Shown here: positions 9,989-16,966 of the stretch, piece after piece
How positions within the stretch are numbered: the stretch's first letter is position 1
Layout of the letters: every line of letters begins with the position of its first letter
Origin: a virus
Taxonomy: Duplodnaviria > Caudoviricetes
Virus record (IMG/VR): IMGVR_UViG_3300032318_000970
Coordinates: 1-26,153 of that record
DNA length: 26,153 nucleotides
Direction: 5' to 3' (one strand)
Program-made: the position numbers and the translations under genes
Notes under the pieces: generated by a model
Seen by the model: the letters and a program-made list of their open reading frames with translations, nothing else
Databases searched by the model: none
What the model was told of the DNA's origin: nothing

Positions 9989-11149
9989 ATGGCAAAAATT
10001 AGTGAGAAGGATAAGCAGTTTTTCCAAGACAAACTGTTCAAAGAATTTCCTGACATTGAAGCATCAGGGAATTTTTCACGCCAACAAGTAGTTCATATCA
10101 GGGAGAAGTATGACCTTGACTATTGGCCAGTCTGGCTAATGACTGACCGAGTCGGTCGTGGCTTGTATGCAATCCCTGGTGGTAATCAACCCAAAGTTGT
10201 AGGGAACACTGCTTTGAAAACAGATGTCAAAGAATCATTTGTTGTAGATTATTCAAACACGAACGAATTGATTCCTGTGAAGGATCCAAACTTCGTGCCT
10301 TTTGGAAACTATTCAGATCTAGAGAGCATTATCAAAGAGGGTCTTTTCTACCCTGCATATATCTCTGGACCTACGGGCAACGGCAAGTCCACCATGGTGG
10401 AGCAGATCTGCGCAAAGCATAAGCGTCCGTTGATCAGGGTCAATCTGAATATGATGACTGACGAAGATCAGTTGATTGGTTCTAAAACTTTGACAAACGG
10501 CAACGTGGAAGTTGTTGAAGGTCCAGTTCTGATCGCTATGCGTCAGGGTATTACGTTACTGCTAGATGAGATCGATGCTGGCTCAGCAAATACCTTGCTT
10601 TGCTTGCAACCGATTCTCGAAGGCAAACCCTATTACTTCAAACTTAAGAATGAGATGATCATTCCTTCTGCTGGTTTTAATGTCATCGCGACTGCGAACA
10701 CCAAAGGTAAGGGTAGCGAAGATGGTCGTTACATCGGTACTAACATTCTTAATGAAGCATTCCTGGAGAGATTTGCTGTTACGTTCGACCAGGAGTACCC
10801 TACTGCTAAAGTAGAAGTAAAAATTATCAAGAACTTGATGCAATCTTTCAATTGTCTTGATGAAGAGTTTGCTGATACTCTAGTTAAGTGGGCTGATGCT
10901 ATCCGTCGCACTTTTGCTGATGGTGGTGTCGATGAAACGATTACGACTCGCCGTATGTTGCATATTGTTCGTGCATATGCAATCTTCAAGAATCGTAACA
11001 AAGCAGTTGAACTTTGCTGCAATCGTTTCGATGTTGCAACTAAGTCTGCGTTTATTGATCTGTATGACAAAGTTGCAAACCCTCAGCCAGAAGTTGCTCC
11101 GTCTGGTGAAACTCCTACGGAACAATCCGAACAACAAGCTGTCATCTAA
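9989..11149 (+). CDS. CobS-like MoxR-family AAA+ ATPase
   Basis: GPTGNGKS, LLLDEID, ATANTKGKG, RYIGTNILNEAFLERF, ITTRRM. Typical of T4-like phage 'CobS'. Confidence 0.9.
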   Translation: MAKISEKDKQFFQDKLFKEFPDIEASGNFSRQQVVHIREKYDLDYWPVWLMTDRVGRGLYAIPGGNQPKVVGNTALKTDVKESFVVDYSNTNELIPVKDPNFVPFGNYSDLESIIKEGLFYPAYISGPTGNGKSTMVEQICAKHKRPLIRVNLNMMTDEDQLIGSKTLTNGNVEVVEGPVLIAMRQGITLLLDEIDAGSANTLLCLQPILEGKPYYFKLKNEMIIPSAGFNVIATANTKGKGSEDGRYIGTNILNEAFLERFAVTFDQEYPTAKVEVKIIKNLMQSFNCLDEEFADTLVKWADAIRRTFADGGVDETITTRRMLHIVRAYAIFKNRNKAVELCCNRFDVATKSAFIDLYDKVANPQPEVAPSGETPTEQSEQQAVI

Positions 11150-11151
11150 GT

Positions 11152-11180
11152 TTTACTTTAAATTATTATTGTAGTATAAT
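11152..11180 (+). promoter_or_regulatory. Sigma70-type early promoter
   Basis: TTTACT, 17 bp spacer, TATAAT. Confidence 0.75.
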
Positions 11181-11210
11181 ATTATCTTACACTTGAAAAG
11201 GAACTTTATT

Positions 11211-11660
11211 ATGTTAAAATTTGCAGATCTTTCTTTATCGCAGAAGAAGTGTGTTGTTTCTTTTATTGAACACACTCCCGCACTTAAGAAAAGTGGTCGC
11301 ATCTCTTTGAAAGAAGTTATTGCAATCCACGAAGACTTACTCAAGAAGCGTACCAAAGGTGGAATGAAAACTGGTTATCCTAACTGGCTGTTCAAATCCA
11401 ACAAAGTACAACGTGGTGTTTATGCCCTCCCAGTTCCTACTGAGGCAGAGTTATCTGACTACACTAAGCAGTTGACTTCTAAGACTGTTAAGGTAGCTAA
11501 AACTAAAGTCGTTAAAGTTAAGCAGCCTAAAACTGTTAAGACTGTAACAAAGACAACAGATCAAACTCGATTAGAGAAACTGATTGAAGAGTCTGATGTT
11601 GTTGACCAAGATGTTGAGGATTTCAATCAAATCCTTAGAGAGAATGGAATCCCAGTTTGA
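11211..11660 (+). CDS. Hypothetical protein; N-terminus paralogous to the CobS-like N-terminal domain, K/T/V-rich linker, acidic C-terminus
   Basis: AAGGA SD before ATG 11211. Shares a P-x-W-L...V-x-R-G-x-Y-A-x-P motif with the upstream ATPase. Confidence 0.75.
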   Translation: MLKFADLSLSQKKCVVSFIEHTPALKKSGRISLKEVIAIHEDLLKKRTKGGMKTGYPNWLFKSNKVQRGVYALPVPTEAELSDYTKQLTSKTVKVAKTKVVKVKQPKTVKTVTKTTDQTRLEKLIEESDVVDQDVEDFNQILRENGIPV

Positions 11661-11667
11661 TTCCATC

Positions 11668-11719
11668 CTGGGTGGGGGTATTGCCATCCCCTCGCCCAGT
11701 TTTTTTATGATGGCTATAC
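11668..11719 (+). terminator. GC-rich hairpin plus U-tract (intrinsic terminator); loop can pair downstream (pseudoknot)
   Basis: CTGGGTGGGGG/CCCTCGCCCAG stem, T-run at 11700-11706. GTATTGCCATC (11678-11688) is complementary to GATGGCTATAC (11709-11719) at 10/11 positions. Confidence 0.6.
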
Positions 11720-11735
11720 TATGGAGAAATAACTG

Positions 11736-11996
11736 ATGTCTAAACAATCAAAACTTTTGAACTTCCTTCAAAAAGGCAACGAAGTAACAGCAAAGCAGAT
11801 CGCTGGTTCTTTCGGTTTGAAAAATCCGCATGATGCAGTTTACCAGTTGCGCAATCAAGGTTACTGCGTTTATGGTAACAAAGCAGTACTGAGTGATGGC
11901 ACTGAGACCATGAAGTATCGTCTGGGCAAACCCTCACGCCAGATGATCTCTGTTGCTAACCGAGTTCTTGGCGCAGAAGCATTTAGCCGAGTCTAA
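11736..11996 (+). CDS. Small winged helix-turn-helix protein
   Basis: LLNFLQKGNEVTAKQIAGSFGLKNPHDAVYQLRNQGYCVY...KYRLG fits a wHTH pattern. GGAG SD. Confidence 0.75.
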   Translation: MSKQSKLLNFLQKGNEVTAKQIAGSFGLKNPHDAVYQLRNQGYCVYGNKAVLSDGTETMKYRLGKPSRQMISVANRVLGAEAFSRV

Positions 11997-12003
11997 GATG
12001 GTT

Positions 12004-12035
12004 GAGTCTGGATTTTCTATTGAGAGTCCAGACTC
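12004..12035 (+). terminator. Long intergenic stem-loop (terminator or mRNA processing/stability hairpin)
   Basis: GAGTCTGGATTTTC-TATT-GAGAGTCCAGACTC, a 14-bp stem with two G-U pairs. The U-tract is weak. Confidence 0.5.
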
Positions 12036-12055
12036 GATGTTATTTTGGAGGATTT

Positions 12056-12394
12056 ATGGCAACAGCAGAGGAAGTGAAAAAATCTCAAAATTGTAAAACA
12101 GGTGGACGTAAATTTGATGGCGGCAAACCACAGTATGGGTTGCTGCCTCCACTCGCATTAAGAGCTACGGTAGATGTGTTGACGTTTGGTGCAGAGAAGT
12201 ATGAACCAGATAATTGGAAGTTTGTTCCAGATTCTAAACGTAGATACTTTGATGCAATGCAGAGACATCTATGGGCATATAAAGAGGGAGAGGTAATTGA
12301 TCCAGAGTCAGGTATGCATCACTTGGCGCATGCAATGTGTTGCTTGATGTTTTTATATGAACATGATGTGAAGTATTCCGCAGATAAGAAGTGA
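12056..12394 (+). CDS. DUF5664-like dATP/dGTP diphosphohydrolase domain protein
   Basis: GRKFDGGKPQYGLLP...LTFGAEKYEPDNW...AMQRHL...GE..DPESGMHHLAHA signature. GGAGG SD before ATG 12056. Confidence 0.8.
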   Translation: MATAEEVKKSQNCKTGGRKFDGGKPQYGLLPPLALRATVDVLTFGAEKYEPDNWKFVPDSKRRYFDAMQRHLWAYKEGEVIDPESGMHHLAHAMCCLMFLYEHDVKYSADKK

Positions 12395-12435
12395 TTTGTT
12401 ATACATATTATATAATTTGATAGGAGAAATACCCA

Positions 12436-13095
12436 ATGAAACTTAGTAAAGAAACAGTGAACTTATTTAAGAACTTCGCCAGTATCAATACCAATCTGTT
12501 GATCAAACCAGGTAGCGAAGTATCAACTATCTCTGGTCAGAAGAATGTAGTATCTGATACTAAAGTAACAGAGAACTTCCCGAAAGACTTTGGCATTTAT
12601 GATCTCAATGAATTCCTTGGTGCGTTATCACTGTTCGAAGATCCAGATCTAGATTTTCAAGACAAGTATGTCGTAATTAAAGAAGGTGGTAGTAGTATTA
12701 AGTTCTTTGCTGCAGATCCTAGTGTTCTGACTGTCCCCAAGAACAAGATCAATTTCCCAGAGGCAGATATTGAATTCACTCTAACTGCTACCATGCTCAA
12801 TATGATTAGCAGAACTGCATCTGTTCTCAAGGTAGAAGATCTGCAGGTAGTGGGTGATGGTACAAGTATTAATCTTCAGGTGGGCGATAAGAAGAATGCG
12901 ACTGGCAATACGTATTCATGTTTCGCTGGAAACTCTGCTAAGAAGTTTAAGGCAAACATCAAAGTCGATAATCTGAAGATGCTCCCTGGTGATTATATTG
13001 TCACAATCTCGAGTAAGAAAATTTCTCGTTTTAAATCCACCGCAGGGGATCTGGTATATTATGTTGCCGTAGAATCTGATTCTTCTTTTGAATAA
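12436..13095 (+). CDS. gp45: Sliding clamp gp45
   Basis: MKLSKETVNLFKNFASIN, FGIYDLNEFL, NLKMLPGDY, YYVAVE. Confidence 0.96.
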   Translation: MKLSKETVNLFKNFASINTNLLIKPGSEVSTISGQKNVVSDTKVTENFPKDFGIYDLNEFLGALSLFEDPDLDFQDKYVVIKEGGSSIKFFAADPSVLTVPKNKINFPEADIEFTLTATMLNMISRTASVLKVEDLQVVGDGTSINLQVGDKKNATGNTYSCFAGNSAKKFKANIKVDNLKMLPGDYIVTISSKKISRFKSTAGDLVYYVAVESDSSFE

Positions 13096-13112
13096 TTATT
13101 TAAGGTTATATT

Positions 13113-14066
13113 ATGATTGAATCACGTGATGAACACTTTCTGTGGGTAGAAAAGTATCGCCCACAGAAAATTGAGGATTGTATCCTACCAGAATCTATAA
13201 AGAAAACATTTAAGGAATATATTGCACAAGGGGAACTCCCCTCTTTTTTGTTTAGTGGGAGCGCAGGAACAGGTAAGACAACAGCAGCCAAAGCATTGTG
13301 TAATGAGATTGGCGCAGAATATATTATGATCAACGGATCAGATGAGGGTAGAAGTATTGACACTCTGCGAACTACGATCAAATCTTTTGCATCAACTGTT
13401 TCCCTGACAGATGCTAGGAAAGTTGTTATTGTAGATGAAGCAGATTATATGAATGCTCAATCTGTTCAGCCTGCATTGAGAAACTTTATTGAAGAGTTTT
13501 CTTCTAACTGTCGTTTCATATTCACATGTAACTTTAAGAATCGAATCATCGAGCCATTACATAGTCGTTGTGCTGTTATCGAATTCAAGATTGATTCTGG
13601 AGAGAAGCAAACCATCGCAGCTCAATTCTTTAAGAGAGTTTCGCAGATTCTTAAGACAGAGAACATTGAGTTTGATTCCAAAGTAGTTGCTGAACTAATC
13701 ACGAAACACTTCCCAGATTATCGTAGGATTCTAAACGAACTTCAACGCTACTCAGTGGCAGGTAGGATTGACTCGGATATCCTTGTCAATATGACTGCGG
13801 ATTCGTTTACGGAACTTGTTAAGCAGCTAAAAGAAAAAAACTTTACAGAAGTTCGTAAGTGGGTCGCTAAGCAATCAGATTCAGACTGCGCAACATTATT
13901 CAGAGAGTTATTTAATACAGCAACCCAACATCTTGAGGCGAGCACAATTCCTGCTCTAGTAATTATCCTGGCGGATTATCAGTACAAGTCTGCATTCGTC
14001 GCAGATCAAGAGATAAATACTATGGCTGCTCTCACTGAGATAATGATGCAATGTAAATTTAAATAA
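13113..14066 (+). CDS. gp44: Clamp loader large subunit gp44
   Basis: LWVEKYRP, GSAGTGKTT, VDEADY, PLHSRC, FPDYRR. Confidence 0.97.
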   Translation: MIESRDEHFLWVEKYRPQKIEDCILPESIKKTFKEYIAQGELPSFLFSGSAGTGKTTAAKALCNEIGAEYIMINGSDEGRSIDTLRTTIKSFASTVSLTDARKVVIVDEADYMNAQSVQPALRNFIEEFSSNCRFIFTCNFKNRIIEPLHSRCAVIEFKIDSGEKQTIAAQFFKRVSQILKTENIEFDSKVVAELITKHFPDYRRILNELQRYSVAGRIDSDILVNMTADSFTELVKQLKEKNFTEVRKWVAKQSDSDCATLFRELFNTATQHLEASTIPALVIILADYQYKSAFVADQEINTMAALTEIMMQCKFK

Positions 14067-14067
14067 C

Positions 14068-14394
14068 ATGGACATGATACTTTACTTACTAGGATTGGTT
14101 GTTGCTTTTGTCTGGGGATATAGGTTCAGAGAACATCTTGCGACCAAGAAAATGGACAACTTGGTCCAGCGTTTATCGCAAGAAATGGAAGAAGTTAAGA
14201 GCAATGTTATGCTTGTCACCATAGAGAAGCATGGTGATATGTTCTTCGTGTATGAAAAAGATACCAATAGGTTTCTGACTCAGTCTACAAACCAGAAAGA
14301 ACTGGGGGAAAATCTGAAGAAGATGTTCCCAAATAAGAGGTTCGCAGCTTCCCATCAGAATATGAGGGAGGCTGGATACGATGAATCCATTTGA
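14068..14394 (+). CDS. Hypothetical protein with N-terminal membrane anchor
   Basis: Hydrophobic start ILYLLGLVVAFVWG. Inserted between gp44 and gp62. Confidence 0.7.
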   Translation: MDMILYLLGLVVAFVWGYRFREHLATKKMDNLVQRLSQEMEEVKSNVMLVTIEKHGDMFFVYEKDTNRFLTQSTNQKELGENLKKMFPNKRFAASHQNMREAGYDESI

Positions 14395-14761
14395 CTTCAT
14401 AAAGGCGATAACAGAAACCAAGGAGAATTTGTTTAGGGAGGATCCCCAAGCAACCAAAGATTATAGCCCTTTTATGGTCAATAAAGGGTTATCATTTTTC
14501 CATGACACAGTATTTCAAGCCAATCAGATGAACAGTAGGTACGATACCCCACGGGATTGGCAATTTTTATTTTTACTAAATAGTATATCCAAGAAGAAGA
14601 GGTTTAGTCCTTGGGCAAAAAAGGACAAAGACACGAAAGCGATTCTCTTGGTCAAAGAGTATTTCGGTTACTCCAGCCAGAAGGCTAAGGAAGCTGCCCG
14701 ATTACTCTCTGAGGAGCAGTTAAATACTATTGAAGAAAAATTAAAAAAAGGTGGAAAATAA
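14381..14761 (+). CDS. gp62: Clamp loader small subunit gp62
   Basis: NPFDFIKAI, YSPFMVNKGLS, KKKRFSPW, VKEYFGYS..KAKEA. Confidence 0.93.
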   Translation: MNPFDFIKAITETKENLFREDPQATKDYSPFMVNKGLSFFHDTVFQANQMNSRYDTPRDWQFLFLLNSISKKKRFSPWAKKDKDTKAILLVKEYFGYSSQKAKEAARLLSEEQLNTIEEKLKKGGK

Positions 14762-15189
14762 TGACAGTCGAGATGATTTATTATGACTGGACGCCAGAAT
14801 CAATGCTTGAAGTGAACTTGATCGAACCAGACAACTTCCTCAAAGTGCGTGAGACTCTGACCCGTATCGGGATTGCCTCCAGAAAAGAAAACAAACTTTA
14901 CCAGTCCTGCCATATTCTACATAAGCAGGGAAGGTATTTCATTGTCCATTTCAAAGAACTATTTGCATTGGACGGAAAAGAATCGAATATCACTAGCGGT
15001 GATATCGAGCGCAGGAATGCTATCGCTTCGCTTTTGCAAGATTGGGAATTGTTAAAGATTATCAATCCTTCAAGAGCAGAGCAAAAAGCATCTCTGTCGC
15101 AGATTAAAGTGGTCTCCTTTAAGGAGAAGGAACAGTGGGAACTTGTACCTAAATATAACATAGGAAAGAAACGAAATGATCAATCTTGA
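14761..15189 (+). CDS. regA: RegA translational repressor
   Basis: PDNFLKVRETLTRIGIAS, LYQSCHILHKQGRYFIVHFKELFALDG. Confidence 0.97.
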   Translation: MTVEMIYYDWTPESMLEVNLIEPDNFLKVRETLTRIGIASRKENKLYQSCHILHKQGRYFIVHFKELFALDGKESNITSGDIERRNAIASLLQDWELLKIINPSRAEQKASLSQIKVVSFKEKEQWELVPKYNIGKKRNDQS

Positions 15190-15343
15190 ATTGAAAGTAG
15201 AGGAAGTTAATACTATTCTTCGCGTATTGGGTAAGCATCCGTTTGAAGAGGTCGTTGCACTGATTGGTAAAATCAAACAGCAAGGCGATGCTCAAGTTGC
15301 AGAAATGCAAAAAGCGGAAGCAGAGAAAGCAGAAGCTGCCTAA
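15176..15343 (+). CDS. Small hypothetical protein (55 aa, MINLELKVEEVNTILRVLGKHPFEEV...), not in the ORF track
   Basis: Helical hairpin-like sequence, overlaps the regA end and fills the gap before the structured leader. Confidence 0.7.
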   Translation: MINLELKVEEVNTILRVLGKHPFEEVVALIGKIKQQGDAQVAEMQKAEAEKAEAA

Positions 15344-15346
15344 ATA
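15340..15346 (+). promoter_or_regulatory. Candidate gp55-dependent late promoter (CTAAATA)
   Basis: Variant of T4 TATAAATA placed a few nt before the first hairpin of the structured leader. Confidence 0.4.
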
Positions 15347-15351
15347 GAATT

Positions 15352-15465
15352 GTCCCAGGGATGGGAACGTAGTTAGTCGGTAACTACGATAAAAGCCGAC
15401 TAAAACTGCCATGCCCATTTGGGGTGGCGAATTTCAATTTACTCGCTTAACTTAAGGAGAACTCA
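15352..15465 (+). ncRNA. Structured 5' leader: GNRA hairpin, pseudoknot, hairpin, ROSE-like SD-sequestering hairpin
   Basis: TCCCA-GGGA-TGGGA; CGTAGTTA/TAACTACG with TTAGTCGG/CCGACTAA; GCCATGCCC/GGGGTGGC; CTCGCTTA-ACT-TAAGGAG. Confidence 0.6.
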
Positions 15466-15678
15466 ATGTTACATATCGCAAACACAACTATTGATACCAT
15501 TCAAGGTGCTAAGTCCATCTTCGTTAAGAACTATGTTCAAGACAAGACTATGGCTGATGCGCTTCAAACTTTAGTGGATGTAGAGACATCTTTCGCTAAG
15601 TCTGTTGCCAAAGCAACATTCGATGCAGCTGATGTTATCACTGCAGAATTCACTAAGTTTACTTCTGCAAAGAAGTAA
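15466..15678 (+). CDS. Small amphipathic helical protein (70 aa)
   Basis: Strong SD TAAGGAG. Ala/Thr-rich helical sequence. First gene of the hsp20 operon. Confidence 0.8.
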   Translation: MLHIANTTIDTIQGAKSIFVKNYVQDKTMADALQTLVDVETSFAKSVAKATFDAADVITAEFTKFTSAKK

Positions 15679-15688
15679 GGAGGTTCAA

Positions 15689-16159
15689 ATGACATTGTTA
15701 CCACAAGTCTTCGGGAAAGACTTCGATAAACTATTTGTTGGTTTCGATGATCACTGGTCACGTGTGTTGCAACTTCATGATGAGATGACCAAGAACATTC
15801 CAAACTATCCACCATACAATATCTACAAAGCTGACGACAACAAGTATGTCATTGAATTGGCAGTTGCTGGTTTCGGCAAACAAGATATTGAGATTACTCT
15901 TGATAACGACAAGTTGGTTGTCAAAGGTGAGGCTAAAGATGACACACAAGCATTCCTGTACAAAGGGATTGCTACTCGTGCGTTCACTCGCAGCTTCGCG
16001 ATTGATGATCAGGTAGTTGTTAACAATGCAAGTATGGTGAATGGTATGCTTAAGATTTTCCTAGAAAGGATTATTCCTGAGCATAAGAAATCACGTAAGG
16101 TAGAAATTTCTGATAATGGTGGACCTGAGTTACTTCTCGAAAAAGAAGTAACAAAATGA
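15689..16159 (+). CDS. hsp20: Small heat-shock protein (Hsp20/IbpA-like)
   Basis: NYPPYNI, IELAVAGF, LYKGIATRAFTRSF, NGMLKIFLERIIPE. AAGGAGGT SD before ATG 15689. Confidence 0.95.
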   Translation: MTLLPQVFGKDFDKLFVGFDDHWSRVLQLHDEMTKNIPNYPPYNIYKADDNKYVIELAVAGFGKQDIEITLDNDKLVVKGEAKDDTQAFLYKGIATRAFTRSFAIDDQVVVNNASMVNGMLKIFLERIIPEHKKSRKVEISDNGGPELLLEKEVTK

Positions 16160-16293
16160 AGAAACTTTTCTGTCAAATAAGATCTATTCTTTTTTCATAT
16201 GGTAAAGCACACGCTGCTTCCTGTCTCGCAAGACATGGGAAATATGAGGCAGCAAAGCGTATTATGACAATGGAAGATCCATACAAGTGTTAA
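16156..16293 (+). CDS. Small hypothetical protein (45 aa, MKKLFCQIRS...GKAHAASCLARHGKYEAAKRIM...), not in the ORF track
   Basis: ATGA overlap with the hsp20 stop, and ends just before a hairpin. Confidence 0.6.
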   Translation: MKKLFCQIRSILFSYGKAHAASCLARHGKYEAAKRIMTMEDPYKC

Positions 16294-16298
16294 CTTAG

Positions 16299-16338
16299 TA
16301 CGACTTTAGGGGAATTTATTTTCCCCTAAATAGTCGTA
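16299..16338 (+). promoter_or_regulatory. Stem-loop overlapping a candidate late promoter (CTAAATA 16326-16332) and the next start codon
   Basis: TTTAGGGGAA-TTTATT-TTCCCCTAAA is a perfect 10-bp stem, extended by TACGAC/GTCGTA. Confidence 0.5.
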
Positions 16339-16553
16339 TGAAAGCAAAAGTAACAGACAACATGGTATCCTTTATCTCTATTCGTAGGGGTAACTGGATC
16401 ATCAAAGTTTCAATTTATAAAACGTCGTCAATACTGGTGTTAGGACAACACTGTTTTGACTTTGATAGATTCTTTATCAAACAATTTGAAAATCATGAAC
16501 AGGCAGCAGACTTCTTAGAAGATCTAGCCAAGGAAGAAACTGATGAATATTAA
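16338..16553 (+). CDS. Hypothetical protein (71 aa)
   Basis: ORF in the gene-dense + strand run. No SD upstream. Confidence 0.65.
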   Translation: MKAKVTDNMVSFISIRRGNWIIKVSIYKTSSILVLGQHCFDFDRFFIKQFENHEQAADFLEDLAKEETDEY

Positions 16554-16839
16554 AGTATTTAAACTGATTAGTGGTGAAGAACTTATTTCCGAAGTTGTGA
16601 ATAATTTACCAACCATGAAGACTCTCAAAGAGCCAGCCGTGATTGTCATGCAAAAAACAGAACAAGGTGTTGGTCTTGGAATGATGCCGTATATGCCTTA
16701 CGTTTCTGGAAACGTGATACTGAGCATCCACGCTATTGCAGCTGAAGGCGACCCAGACGTAAAGCTGGTCAATGAGTATAACCGACTATTCGGTTCGGGC
16801 ATCCAAATAGCCTCAGCAGCTGATCTACCAGTCCGTTAG
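16543..16839 (+). CDS. Conserved T4-like Sm-like-fold protein
   Basis: IKVFKLISGEELISEV...LKEP...MPYMPY...YNRLFGSGI. AAGGA SD. N-terminus resembles the 1779 gene. Confidence 0.75.
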   Translation: MNIKVFKLISGEELISEVVNNLPTMKTLKEPAVIVMQKTEQGVGLGMMPYMPYVSGNVILSIHAIAAEGDPDVKLVNEYNRLFGSGIQIASAADLPVR

Positions 16840-16844
16840 AGGCT

Positions 16845-16865
16845 TCCCCTGCCATCGGTGGGGGA
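16845..16865 (+). terminator. GC-rich hairpin after the Sm-like gene
   Basis: TCCCCTGCC-ATC-GGTGGGGGA. No clear U-tract. Confidence 0.35.
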
Positions 16866-16918
16866 TTGGCTAGCCCAAACCCTCCAACCCCTCCAAATCG
16901 CTCTAAACGAGCTCCAAG

Positions 16919-16966
16919 TAAGTAAGTGCCTACTTACTTAATAACCCTACAATCTGTAAGGGTATT
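16919..16966. repeat. Tandem palindromes TAAGTAAGT-GCCT-ACTTACTTA and palindrome copy 3 (AATAACCCTAC-AATCT-GTAAGGGTATT)
   Basis: Perfect 9-bp inverted repeat at 16919-16940, abutting a degenerate copy of the 7575/9899 palindrome. Confidence 0.75.

Noticed and set aside
9989-11149. True cobalamin-synthesis cobaltochelatase CobS/CobT
   Set aside because: There is no cobN or other cob gene here, and the partner carries an HExxH peptidase domain. It is better treated as a generic MoxR/vWA pair.
12388-12416. Promoter for gp45 (TATAAT at 12411-12416)
   Set aside because: No usable -35 box at 17 bp spacing and the region is AT-rich, so it cannot be supported.
14576-15155. Additional CTAAATA boxes at 14576 and 15149
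   Set aside because: Both are inside coding sequence and a 7-mer this AT-rich occurs by chance. The 15149 copy could serve the 55-aa ORF, but there is no other support.
16845-16870. Resemblance of this hairpin (TGCCATC, GGTGGGGG) to the 11668 element
   Set aside because: Short G/C-run matches in permuted order; probably coincidental.
7575-16966. CRISPR array or insertion-sequence ends for the repeated palindromes
   Set aside because: Copies are kilobases apart, with no regular spacers, cas genes or transposase.
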